Below are positions 51,688 through 60,591 of a stretch of DNA of 64,000 nt, piece by piece. The DNA is taken from the NCBI GenBank assembly GCA_963849325.1, contig CAWKHF010000006.1, positions 320,001 to 384,000 on the forward strand. The letters are read 5' to 3'. Source of the stretch: an uncultured Planctomycetota bacterium (GTDB lineage Bacteria > Planctomycetota > Planctomycetia > Gemmatales > Gemmataceae). The notes under the pieces are model-generated. The model was not told where the DNA came from. It ran no database searches and saw only the letters and a list, made by a program, of their open reading frames with translations. A program made the translations under genes and the position numbers. The first letter of the stretch is position 1; every line of letters starts with the position of its first letter.

Positions 51688-52022
51688 GATCGATGGACAA
51701 CTTGCTTACCGTATTGCTGGAGGCCCACAACGCTGACCGGAACCATCACCGCTGGTACGAAATCCGACTCGGCCGCGATCTCTTCGGCGATTGGACCGTT
51801 TGTCTGCTCTACGGCCGCGTGGGGCGGGCCGGCCAGGTGGTGCGTCACGCGGGTTCGGACCCGGAGCCGCTCCGGCAGGTTATCCGTGACAGCCTGCGCC
51901 GTCGCCTAACCGCGCCGACGCGGATCGGCTGTGCCTACACCGTGCGGGAATTCACGGCAGCCGGAGACATCGACGTTGTGTTCTGGCTTCCGGCGAGCAT
52001 CCTGTCGGCATTCCAAGCCTGA
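51684..52022 (+). CDS. WGR-domain protein
   Basis: R.Y.I....DLFGDW.V...YGRVG..G. Confidence 0.75.
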   Translation: MRSMDNLLTVLLEAHNADRNHHRWYEIRLGRDLFGDWTVCLLYGRVGRAGQVVRHAGSDPEPLRQVIRDSLRRRLTAPTRIGCAYTVREFTAAGDIDVVFWLPASILSAFQA

Positions 52023-52277
52023 CTGGCCGCCCGCTGCTCTGCCAGACGCGGATGAGGACCGCGCAGAGACGGCGCAGGCTCTCTGCCCAGGCAGCGGATG
52101 CTGGGTCATTTCGCGGAAGTGTCAAACTGTTAAGGTGGCGGAGCGAACCCGCCGACGGCTGGTCACGGGTTGGACAGGGCGGACGCGGGAAAGAGTCAGC
52201 CGTTCCGGCTCGCTGGCTGGGCCTCCAACCACCGGCTAGAATCATGCGCACGGTGGAATCACCAATGGAGAAGACCC

Positions 52278-53573
52278 ATGCCGCCCGCCCGGAAGCCGGC
52301 CAAACCCGCTGCGGCGGCCATCCAGCGCTTGATGAAGGACTTCCAAGGCCCCGACAGGGAAGCCAGCAGGCGGGCCTTCAAGGCGCTTGTCCGCCTCGGC
52401 TCGCCTATCCGAGAATTGCTCGGCTCACCCCAGTGCGACCCGCGGGGGGATGGTTCGTACAGCTACGACGACATGGCAGCAGTCATTAACGAAGCGGGGC
52501 CATCCAATGCTAAGGTGCTCCCCGGTCTGGCCCAGGCTGTAGTAGGGGAAGGTAGCTCCATACGGCTGGCGGCCATCCAGGTGTGCAAGCGCGTTAACCC
52601 ACCGCACCAGTTCGTCCTGGATGCACTGGTCCAAGGGCTTTGCGACCGGAATGAATACGTTCGCCGTGAGGCGGCTCGCGCCTTGGGCGAGCTGCGAGTC
52701 GCCGCGCCCTCCGTCCTCAAAGGTCTGGCAGCCGCTCTACGAGATTTAGACCCTACCGTCGTCTGCGAAGCGATGAATGCGTTAGGGGACATCGGCGCGC
52801 CCTCTCCAGAAGTGTTGGCGGGCTTGGTGCATTGCCTCGGCGATGTAAACTCTTCCGCCTGTGGCTGGGCCCTTCTCGCGCTACAGAAGATTGGTGCATT
52901 TGACCAGACCGTGCATGATGCCGTTCGTCAAGTCGCAACCAGTACCTTTTCCTTCGCTGCGGAACAGCCAAGCGGATACGGTGATGATTACGAATACTAT
53001 TGGCAGCGCTGCCGTGATGCGGAGCGGCGCCACAATGCGAACCGCCAGGAGGCCGTGGACCTTCTCACTCGGATTCCGGTGGAGCGCATCGTACAGGAGG
53101 CAATGGAGTCATCGGCGCGGCCACCCATTCTCAGCGAGGAGGACCAGCGCATCCTTACGTGGTTCCAAGACGTGGACCTGACAGAATACCTGACGCCGCT
53201 CCAGGTTTTTTGGTGCATTGGGCAGGCAGATCGTGCCGCCATCGAGTCAGAAGGTCGGGCTATAGGGTACAGCAAACTTGAAAGGAAGTTGAAGCAACTT
53301 CAACCGACCTTTACCCAAGTTCGGCTGTATATCAGCAACGGCTACATCCGCGACGGCTGTCTCGGCGTGGTTTATGCGCTGCTGGACAAGGAACCGTTTT
53401 ACTCCAACGCCTGGGCGGACGACGAACGCGGAATGGAGTTTCGGGTCTCATATGATTATAAGAGGCGTGGTGGGGGCCGGTGGACGCGAAGGGCGCGGAA
53501 GGCGTTCCATTACGTGGATCGGTTCCTCTCCATCATGAAGTGCCTGCCACAGATAACCGTCACCCAGGGGTAA
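52278..53573 (+). CDS. HEAT/PBS-lyase repeat protein with an unknown C-terminal domain
   Basis: L.D.N.YVRREAARALG, L.D.DP.V...A..ALG repeats. Confidence 0.75.
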   Translation: MPPARKPAKPAAAAIQRLMKDFQGPDREASRRAFKALVRLGSPIRELLGSPQCDPRGDGSYSYDDMAAVINEAGPSNAKVLPGLAQAVVGEGSSIRLAAIQVCKRVNPPHQFVLDALVQGLCDRNEYVRREAARALGELRVAAPSVLKGLAAALRDLDPTVVCEAMNALGDIGAPSPEVLAGLVHCLGDVNSSACGWALLALQKIGAFDQTVHDAVRQVATSTFSFAAEQPSGYGDDYEYYWQRCRDAERRHNANRQEAVDLLTRIPVERIVQEAMESSARPPILSEEDQRILTWFQDVDLTEYLTPLQVFWCIGQADRAAIESEGRAIGYSKLERKLKQLQPTFTQVRLYISNGYIRDGCLGVVYALLDKEPFYSNAWADDERGMEFRVSYDYKRRGGGRWTRRARKAFHYVDRFLSIMKCLPQITVTQG

Positions 53574-53647
53574 GACGGAAACTGCTTGACAATGGCGTCG
53601 TAATCTAGGCATGGTGGAACTCGTCGATCATCATTTCTTTTCTGCCG

Positions 53648-54157
53648 ATGGAACTGATACCCGAGGACAAGAGGCGAATACTAGAGAAGAGGCAAGCATC
53701 ACACGAGAGATTTCGAGCTGCCAATCCGTATATCGACCTGGAGGTTATCGAGTTCCCCAGTGACGCGCTTAGTGTAAAGCGGTTACGCGAAACCTTCCCC
53801 GCTGAATTCTTCGACAGGGGGTTTATCAGCGATGGTTGGAACTGTTTCGGCTCCTTCTTCCTCCCCCTTGGGGACGAGAACCCCCTTCACTTGGTGCAAT
53901 TGCACAACCTCCTTTCGGCGGAACGGGCGGTGGCGGAGTATGCCTATTTGAACTTCCTCTATCCCTATCCGAGCGAAACCTGCGACGACGAAATCCACGA
54001 GTACGATGTCGAAGCCAGGAAGCATCTGGAGGAGCTTTACGTGGATTTCAGGCTGGCCGACAGCCCCGAGACCGCCCGGTTTCTCATCCGACATATCGAG
54101 GAACAGGGCGTACAGCAGGCAAAGGCCCAGAAGAGCCGCGAGGGCCGCGCCCGCTAG
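53648..54157 (+). CDS. Hypothetical protein
   Basis: 169-aa acidic/aromatic ORF with lower GC. Confidence 0.55.
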   Translation: MELIPEDKRRILEKRQASHERFRAANPYIDLEVIEFPSDALSVKRLRETFPAEFFDRGFISDGWNCFGSFFLPLGDENPLHLVQLHNLLSAERAVAEYAYLNFLYPYPSETCDDEIHEYDVEARKHLEELYVDFRLADSPETARFLIRHIEEQGVQQAKAQKSREGRAR

Positions 54158-54391
54158 CCCGGATCGTGGCGCGGCGCACCATCGCCAATCCCGAGAAGCC
54201 TGCCATTAATAAAGGTGGATAGAGCAACAGACCCCGTTGCCGGCGCGAGGGGGTAGCTTATTCGCAGGAAACGCACCGAATCGAGGGGGACGCCACACCG
54301 CAACCCTGTCCCCCTGGCGGCGGAAAATCTCTCAGACACTGCTGATGCGGCAGAAAAGCGACCCCAAGATCGCCCCGTGGAGGGTACGTAC

Positions 54392-55183
54392 ATGGCTGGC
54401 TGGCAGATGAAGCAGATGAAGCCCAAGGACATCGTGGTCAACCCGCAGGTCCGCAAGGCTTCTGATCCCCAAGCGCAGGAGGAACTCAATGCCTCGGTGA
54501 AGACGTTGGGCATTCTCCAGCCCTTGCTCGTGATGGCGTCCGGCGTTCTCCTGGCGGGGCACCGCCGTCTCATCGCGGCCCTGGCCGCAGGACTGGAGAC
54601 CGTTCCCGTCATTGTCACGGATCGCCTTCTTTCGGACAGCGAAATTCGCGTGATCCAGCTCACCGAGAACATGCACCGGGCCGATTTGACCGGCTACGAG
54701 AAGTGGCTGGGCTGCGCGGAGCTGATGTCCATGAACCCGCAGTGGCAACTCAAGGACCTGGCGGCGCATCTGCACCTCGATCCTTCGATGGTCACGCGGC
54801 TGCTCAGCCCGTCCAAGTGCATCCCGGCCTGGCAAGAGGCCCTCAAGGCGGGCAAGGTCGGTATCTCGGACTGCTACGCGGCCTCGAAGCTGGAGGAGAA
54901 GGAACAGGCCGAGCTTCTGGCGTTGAAGCTCAACGGGGCCAGCCGCGACGCCATCGAGCAGGCGGGGCGGAGGAACCGCACGAAGGCCGCCCCTGCCGTC
55001 CGGCTGTCGCGCGTGAAGATCGCCCTGCCGCAAGGGGCCAGCGTCGTCCTCAGCGGCAACGACCTGAGCATGTCCGACGTGGTGGAGCTGCTCGCGGAAA
55101 CGCTGAAAGAAGCCCGCAAGGCCGCCGAGCAGTACGACGTGAAGACGTGGCAGGCGATGATGCGGGACAAGGCCAGGGGGTGA
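54392..55183 (+). CDS. ParB/Spo0J-family protein
   Basis: Q.RK, GILQPLLV, LAGHRRL.AA, ENMHRADL, followed by an HTH. Confidence 0.9.
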   Translation: MAGWQMKQMKPKDIVVNPQVRKASDPQAQEELNASVKTLGILQPLLVMASGVLLAGHRRLIAALAAGLETVPVIVTDRLLSDSEIRVIQLTENMHRADLTGYEKWLGCAELMSMNPQWQLKDLAAHLHLDPSMVTRLLSPSKCIPAWQEALKAGKVGISDCYAASKLEEKEQAELLALKLNGASRDAIEQAGRRNRTKAAPAVRLSRVKIALPQGASVVLSGNDLSMSDVVELLAETLKEARKAAEQYDVKTWQAMMRDKARG

Positions 55184-55186
55184 AAC

Positions 55187-55372
55187 GTGGAACGGCTCCG
55201 GCATGACGTGGCATGGGCCACCACGCTGCACATCCTGGAGGTTTTCGACCTCCGCCCGGAAGAGAAAAACGAAGCGTTCGGGATGATCTACGAGCGCGTA
55301 AAAGCGGGATTGCTCGCCTATGACAAGGAAACCCAAGACCTGCTCCGCAGGTTGAAACCACTTAACAACTGA
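55187..55372 (+). CDS. Small hypothetical protein
   Basis: Fills the gap between the ParB-like gene and the coupling protein. Confidence 0.5.
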   Translation: MERLRHDVAWATTLHILEVFDLRPEEKNEAFGMIYERVKAGLLAYDKETQDLLRRLKPLNN

Positions 55373-55379
55373 GGGAACC

Positions 55380-57101
55380 ATGTACCAGTTTCTTCGCTTC
55401 GTTTCGATCGCCACCGTGCTGCTCCTGGCATACCTGGCCCTCCTGGTGCTTTACCAGGTGCCTTACGCCTGGCTCGTGGCCGCCGGCATCGGCATCGTGC
55501 TGCTATGCCGGAAGACCTACCGCTACACCGCCTATGGCACGGCACGCTGGGCCGACGCCAGCGACATCCCGCACCTGCTCGAAGGCAACGGCCTGATCCT
55601 CGGCCATATCCGGGGCAAGCCGGACAAGCTGCGCGGCACCCTCGCGCTGTTCAACCGGAACCTTCCGGCGCGGGCCGCCTGCCAGCGGTTCCTGATGGCG
55701 TTCCAGCGGAAGCCGCCCAAGTTCCTGGTCCGGCTGACCAAGGCCGTTCACACGGCGGTCTTCGCGCCGACGGGCGTGGGCAAGGGCGTCTCGTGCGTCA
55801 TCCCGTTCCTGAAGACGTGCCCCGACAGTTGCGTGGTCGTGGACTTCAAGGGCGAGAACTACCTAGAAACGGCTGCGGATCGTCGTCGGAAGATGGGGCA
55901 TAAAGTGGTCGTTCTCGATCCGTACCGGATTGTCACTCCGGAGCCAGACACTTTCAACCCGCTTCAGTTCATCGACCGGGAATCGCCCATCGCCATCGAC
56001 GAGTGCCGGGACTTGGCGGAGGCGCTGGTCATCCGGACGGGGCAGGAGAAGGAACCCTTCTGGAACGACGCAGCGGAAATGTGGATTGCCGCCATGACGG
56101 CGGCGGTCGTGGCCTTCGCCGACGACGCCGACAAGTCGCTGCAATCGGTGCGGACGGTGCTCACCAATCCCCAGCGGATGGAGGCGGTCATCCAGCTGCT
56201 GTGCGAATCGGACGTATGGGACGGGATGCTGGCCCGCCTCGGCGGCCAGCTGACGAATTTCAAGGACAAGGAGTTGGCCTCGACGCTCACGACCACCAAC
56301 CGCTTCCTGCGGTTTTTGGACACCATCGCCATCGCGGAGAGCACCAAGCAGAGCAGCTTTAACCCGGCTGACCTGCTCACTGGCAAGATGACCGTGTACC
56401 TGGTCCTGCCGCCCGAACACATGCGGGCGCAGTCGCCGCTGTTGCGGCTGTGGATTGGCTCTCTGCTCCGCGCCGTGGTCCAAGGCGGCTTGCAGGAGAA
56501 GACCCAGGTGCATTTCGTTCTCGACGAGGCGGCCTCCCTGGGACACCTGGACGCCCTCGACGATGCGGTGGACAAGTTCCGCGGCTACGGAGTGCGGCTC
56601 CAGCTTTACTACCAGTCCCTCGGGCAGCTCCAGAAGTGCTGGCCGGAAGGCGGCGCTACGACCCTGCTGTCCAACACCACGCAAGTGTTCTTCGGCGTCA
56701 ACGATCCGCAGACCGCTGGCTATGTCTCGTCACGGCTGGGCGAGGAGACGATCCTCGTGGAGAGTGGCGGGACCAGCTCCAGCACCTCCCGGCAAGCCTC
56801 CCAGCAGGGAAGCAGCAACACCAGCTATTCCACCAGCACCAGCAACAACTGGCAGCAGATGGGCCGGAAGCTGCTCAAGCCGGAGGAAGTCGAAGCGCTC
56901 GATCCGCGGGTGGCGATCACGTTCGCTCCCGGCACGCCGCCTATCTGGACCTGGCTGGTCCGGTACTACGAGCGCGATTTCGGCCGGCCACATGGCCTGG
57001 GGCCGGTGAAGGCGGCGTTGGATGCGGCGTGCCTGTTCCTGGCGGCCGGCCTGCTGGCCGTCTGGTTCACGGCGGCGCTGTTCTACCACACTTTCCCATG
57101 A
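55380..57101 (+). CDS. Type IV coupling protein (VirD4/TraG family)
   Basis: N-terminal TM helices, YGTARWA, APTGVGKG (Walker A), DFKGEN, FNPL, FVLDE (Walker B), QSLGQL, GRKLLKPEEV. Confidence 0.9.
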   Translation: MYQFLRFVSIATVLLLAYLALLVLYQVPYAWLVAAGIGIVLLCRKTYRYTAYGTARWADASDIPHLLEGNGLILGHIRGKPDKLRGTLALFNRNLPARAACQRFLMAFQRKPPKFLVRLTKAVHTAVFAPTGVGKGVSCVIPFLKTCPDSCVVVDFKGENYLETAADRRRKMGHKVVVLDPYRIVTPEPDTFNPLQFIDRESPIAIDECRDLAEALVIRTGQEKEPFWNDAAEMWIAAMTAAVVAFADDADKSLQSVRTVLTNPQRMEAVIQLLCESDVWDGMLARLGGQLTNFKDKELASTLTTTNRFLRFLDTIAIAESTKQSSFNPADLLTGKMTVYLVLPPEHMRAQSPLLRLWIGSLLRAVVQGGLQEKTQVHFVLDEAASLGHLDALDDAVDKFRGYGVRLQLYYQSLGQLQKCWPEGGATTLLSNTTQVFFGVNDPQTAGYVSSRLGEETILVESGGTSSSTSRQASQQGSSNTSYSTSTSNNWQQMGRKLLKPEEVEALDPRVAITFAPGTPPIWTWLVRYYERDFGRPHGLGPVKAALDAACLFLAAGLLAVWFTAALFYHTFP

Positions 57102-57386
57102 AAGGCGAACGCCATGACAGCACTTCGTGGTGTCAAAGTGTCAAGGTGGCAGAGGCCGGCAGAGCCGGGTCCAACCCCGGCAAGGAGGCCGCAGTGGCTT
57201 GCTGAGAACTTGCGGGCAGATTGCGGGAAGGGTGCGCAGAGCGTACCCGACTGACGCACTCTCGATGCAGCGGTTCTCAAGAGCCGCGCCCGATAGTCAG
57301 GATCGCGCGCGCCGCGCACAATCGACAACCCCCATCACGAGCTTACGATTGAGTCGGTGAGGGACAACCAGACGGTGAGGTGAACG

Positions 57387-57674
57387 ATGTCCAAGCACAC
57401 GAAAGAGTTCTTCGAGCAGCTCAAGGCCGGCCAGCAACCGGCCCTGGTGGAATCCATCCGAGAGGCTGCGGGCGCCCTCAAGGAAGCGGGGGGACAGCTC
57501 TGGGACGGCATGAAGCCGATGTTTGACCACGGTCGCACGGAGGCCGCCGCTGCCCTGTTCGCCGGGCACGCGCATGTCCTGTACATGAAAGGCCCGGAGG
57601 GCAGCGAGCAGGGGCAGGATCTGGTCAGGGACGAGCCGCACAAGCAGCACGAGATCGGCGGCCGCGAAATGTAG
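57387..57674 (+). CDS. Hypothetical protein
   Basis: GAGGTG RBS; 95-aa ORF. Confidence 0.65.
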   Translation: MSKHTKEFFEQLKAGQQPALVESIREAAGALKEAGGQLWDGMKPMFDHGRTEAAAALFAGHAHVLYMKGPEGSEQGQDLVRDEPHKQHEIGGREM

Positions 57675-57734
57675 CCGCGAAAGCAACTGTCAACCACAAC
57701 GTCACCTTTTTTCCCTTTTTTCAAGGAGTTCCTC

Positions 57735-57905
57735 ATGAACCTGTTCGCCGAAGCGTCCGAGAGCAACCCCCTGGCGGTCCTCATTGTCCTGTTCCTCATG
57801 ATGATGGGCATCCGGCAGTGGGGCATCTGGCTCAAAGGCAACACCGTCGTCCGTAGCGCGGCCAAGAAGGGTGTCCTCAGCATCCTGGGCCGCATGTTCA
57901 AGTGA
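57735..57905 (+). CDS. Small membrane peptide A (56 aa)
   Basis: Manual translation MNLFAEASESNPLAVLIVLFLMMMGIRQWGIWLKGNTVVRSAAKKGVLSILGRMFK; AAGGAG RBS. Confidence 0.65.
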   Translation: MNLFAEASESNPLAVLIVLFLMMMGIRQWGIWLKGNTVVRSAAKKGVLSILGRMFK

Positions 57906-57915
57906 GGAGGCCGCC

Positions 57916-58084
57916 ATGCTGTTCGCCGCTACCCTTGGCGAGCATTGCTTCAACCTGATGCTCGCCCTGTTCCTGCTCTTGGCCTTCGCGTTCAAGAATC
58001 CTCACCGCCATCGATGATGACGGCGCGATCAAGAAGACGGCCAACGAGGGCATCGCCGCGTGGATCACACGTTGGCTGAAGTAA
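57916..58084 (+). CDS. Small membrane peptide B (frameshift near 57995)
   Basis: MLFAATLGEHCFNLMLALFLLLAFAFK / ILTAIDDDGAIKKTANEGIAAWITRWLK; GAGGAGG RBS. Confidence 0.55.
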
Positions 58085-58136
58085 CCCACCAGCGCGGGGT
58101 GCGCCCAGCCCCGCCTCTTCGTTCCGGAGCGGTGAG

Positions 58137-58253
58137 ATGGCGTGGCTCCTGTTCCTTGTCCTGTACGGTGCGCCGCGGAGCGGGGTAGTGGATGACGTGG
58201 CGGATGCTGCGAAGTAGTGTGTGATCCGCTTCTTGATCCACTGGCTGAAGTAG
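58137..58253 (+). pseudogene. Degenerate small membrane peptide C
   Basis: MAWLLFLVLYGAPRSGVVDDVADAAK*CVIRFLIHWLK, with one internal stop. Confidence 0.4.
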
Positions 58254-58286
58254 CCGAGGCGTGTCTCGTTTTTCAGGGGGTGCGGC

Positions 58287-58546
58287 ATGACCGTTGAGGA
58301 AAGGCTGGAGCGCATGGAGGCCATGCTCGCCGCCCTGGTCGAGCGGCAGACCGCGCCGGAGTGGTATACCACGGAGCAAATCGCCCAACTCGTCGGCAGG
58401 GCCGAGTTCACCGTCCGGGAATGGTGCCGGCGCGGCGCATCCAGGCACAGAAGAAGGACAGCGGTCGCGGTGCCCATGCCTCGTGGGTCATCTCCCATAC
58501 CGAGTTGCTGCGTTACCAGCGCGAAGGTTTGTTGCGTAGTCGCTGA
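58287..58546 (+). CDS. Excisionase-like HTH protein (frameshift near 58430)
   Basis: WYTTEQIAQLVGRAEFTVREWCR joined to RIQAQK...W.IS..EL.RY. Confidence 0.7.
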
Positions 58547-58648
58547 TCCGCAACGCCACGCGCGACCTGATCTTCCCCTCTGGTGGGGAGCCGTGGAGCG
58601 TGCGCGCTCATCGAGGATTTCTTGCCCTGGTAGCGGTGGTTTCCCGTC

Positions 58649-58873
58649 ATGTCTCGAAGCAATCGAAAGAAGGATTGTCAAGTCGCGGAGGATGCTCGAC
58701 CGGGCATCGTTCCGGCCGAGACACCGGATTGGATCACACCGGAATTGATCGCAGCGACGATTCGCGTCTGGCAACCGTACTACCCAGCTACTCTCACGCC
58801 CGAAGAAGCCGTTACAATGATCTTGAACGTGGGTCGCTTATTGGACGTGCTATCTTCGGGGGCATCGCCATGA
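58649..58873 (+). CDS. Small protein translationally coupled to the recombinase
   Basis: PDWITPELI..TIRVWQPYY...LTPEEA..MILNVGRL; ATGA overlap with the recombinase start. Confidence 0.6.
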   Translation: MSRSNRKKDCQVAEDARPGIVPAETPDWITPELIAATIRVWQPYYPATLTPEEAVTMILNVGRLLDVLSSGASP

Positions 58874-60361
58874 AACAGTTCGTCGCGTTGGCACGGGTGA
58901 GCAGTCGGGAACAGGAACGCGAGGGCTTCTCGCTCGAAGTACAGGAAGAAGCGCTCCAACGCTACGCCACGCAGGCCGGTGGCGAAATCGTCAAGCTCTT
59001 CAAGATTGCCGAGACGGCCAGCAAGGCCGATGAACGCAAAACCTTCCGCGAGTTGATCGCCTACGCCAAGAAGAATGCACCCTTCCTCGATGGCCTGCTC
59101 TTCTACAAGGTAGACCGGGCCGCTCGCAATCTCTTCGATTACGTCGAGCTGGAACGGCTGGAATCGGAATACGACCTGCCGTTCATCTCCATTTCGCAAC
59201 CGACCGAGAACACGCCCGCCGGCCGCATGATGCGGCGGACGCTGGCTAACATGGCCAGCTTCTACACCGAACAGCAATCGGTCGATGTCCGCGAAGGGCT
59301 GGCTCGTCGCGTGCAAGAAGGCTGGTTCGTCGGCCCCGCTCCCTACGGCTACCGCAACGTCCGCAAGGATGGTCGCGGCATCATCGAGATCAATCCCGGA
59401 AGCCGCTGCCAACGTCCAACGCATCTTCCATCTCTACGCCTACGAGAACGTAACGCTCGATGGCTTGGTGGCGCGGGTCAATACCGAGGGCCGCGTCTTC
59501 CGTCCCTCGCAACCCCGGTTCCCGCGCAGCATGGTCTACACCATCCTGAAGGACCGAGCCTATATCGGTGAAATCCTCCACAAAGGCCAATGGTATCCGG
59601 GCAAGCAGCAACCGCTGATCGACCGGGCGACCTGGGACCGCGTGCAGGCGTTGCTGGGCGGGCATATCTATCAGTCGCACGCGCTGACCTATGCCAGCGG
59701 CCTGATTCAATGCGGTCATTGCGGGCATCCGGTTACCGGCGAGAAGGTCAAGAAGAAGACGAAGACGAGCGAGCGGTTCTACACCTACTACCGTTGCACC
59801 GGCTACACCAAGCCGGGGCATCCGCGTATCCGGGTTACGGAAGCCGATCTCGACCAGCAAGTGCTGGCCGTCTTCGACAAGATGCGTGTGGAAGACGAAG
59901 GGGTGCGTGACTGGTTCCGGCTGGTGCTGGCCTCGCAGACGCGCGATGCGCAAGCCCAATCGCTGGCTCAACGCGGCGAGCTTCAGCGTCAAGAGACGTT
60001 GTTGGTGCAGCAGCAGGATCGCCTGCTCAACCTGCGGTTGTCGGAGGACATCGATCAGGAGACGTTCGCCCGCAAACATACGGAGTTGCGGGATCGGTTG
60101 GCTGCACTCAAGCTGCAACTGGAGACCGTGGATCGCTGCCACGACGAAACGGCCGAGTTGGCGGCAAAAGTGTTTGAACTTTCGCAAACCTTGCGTCAGC
60201 AATGGCTTACGGCCGATTATGCCGCCAAGCGTCGCATCCTCGAAATCGTGTTTTTGAACTGCCGTCTCGATGACATAACTCTTGTCCCCACCATGAGAAA
60301 GCCCTTCGACGTTCTCGCCGAAGGGCCGCTTTTGGAAAAAAGCGGAGGGGGAGGGATTTGA
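58870..60361 (+). CDS. Large serine recombinase (integrase); frameshift near 59400
   Basis: ARVSSREQ catalytic motif, VDRAARN, G.APYGY, recombinase domain (IL.DRAYIG...PLIDRATW..VQ), zinc ribbon CGHCG...YYRC, coiled coil. Confidence 0.92.
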
Positions 60362-60429
60362 ACCCTCGAACGCCTCTCGGCGTTGCCGGTTTTCAAGACC
60401 GGTGCAATCGGCCGCTCTGCCACCCCTCC
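60343..60429 (-). tRNA. tRNA-Ser (anticodon TGA)
   Basis: Reverse complement GGAGGGGTGGCAGAGCGGCCGATTGCACCGGTCTTGAAAACCGGCAACGCCGAGAGGCGTTCGAGGGTTCAAATCCCTCCCCCTCCG: acceptor stem, long variable arm, GTTCAAATC T-loop; CCA not encoded. Confidence 0.95.
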
Positions 60430-60492
60430 CCGGCGACAGCTTATCCTAGCGGAGCAACGCCGTGTGAGGAAGTGCCCGGCCGACGAAGTCGC

Positions 60493-60568
60493 TTTTTGCC
60501 GACTAGCCCGGAACGCGAGCGACGGTTTTTTTCACCCGTCGCTCGCGCTCCGGGCTAGTCGGCAAAAA
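60493..60568. repeat. REP-like inverted repeat
   Basis: TTTTTGCCGACTAGCCCGGAACGCGAGCGACGG ... CCGTCGCTCGCGCTCCGGGCTAGTCGGCAAAAA. Confidence 0.8.
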
Positions 60569-60591
60569 ATTAGGCATTCTTGTGATGTCTC

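Larger units (their letters stand above)
19000..60361. mobile_element. Integrated plasmid-like mobilisable element at tRNA-Ser; left boundary not resolved
   Basis: Large serine recombinase abutting and overlapping tRNA-Ser, excisionase-like HTH, relaxase, coupling protein, RepA/iterons, ParA, DarB-like helicase and mosaic cargo. Confidence 0.8.

Noticed and set aside
367-60361. Frequent frameshifts read as programmed frameshifting or mass pseudogenisation
   Set aside because: They occur in unrelated genes (toxin carrier, TPR-GT, repA, HTH, integrase) as single-base shifts with almost no in-frame stops, which fits sequencing indels better. Read-level data are needed to decide.
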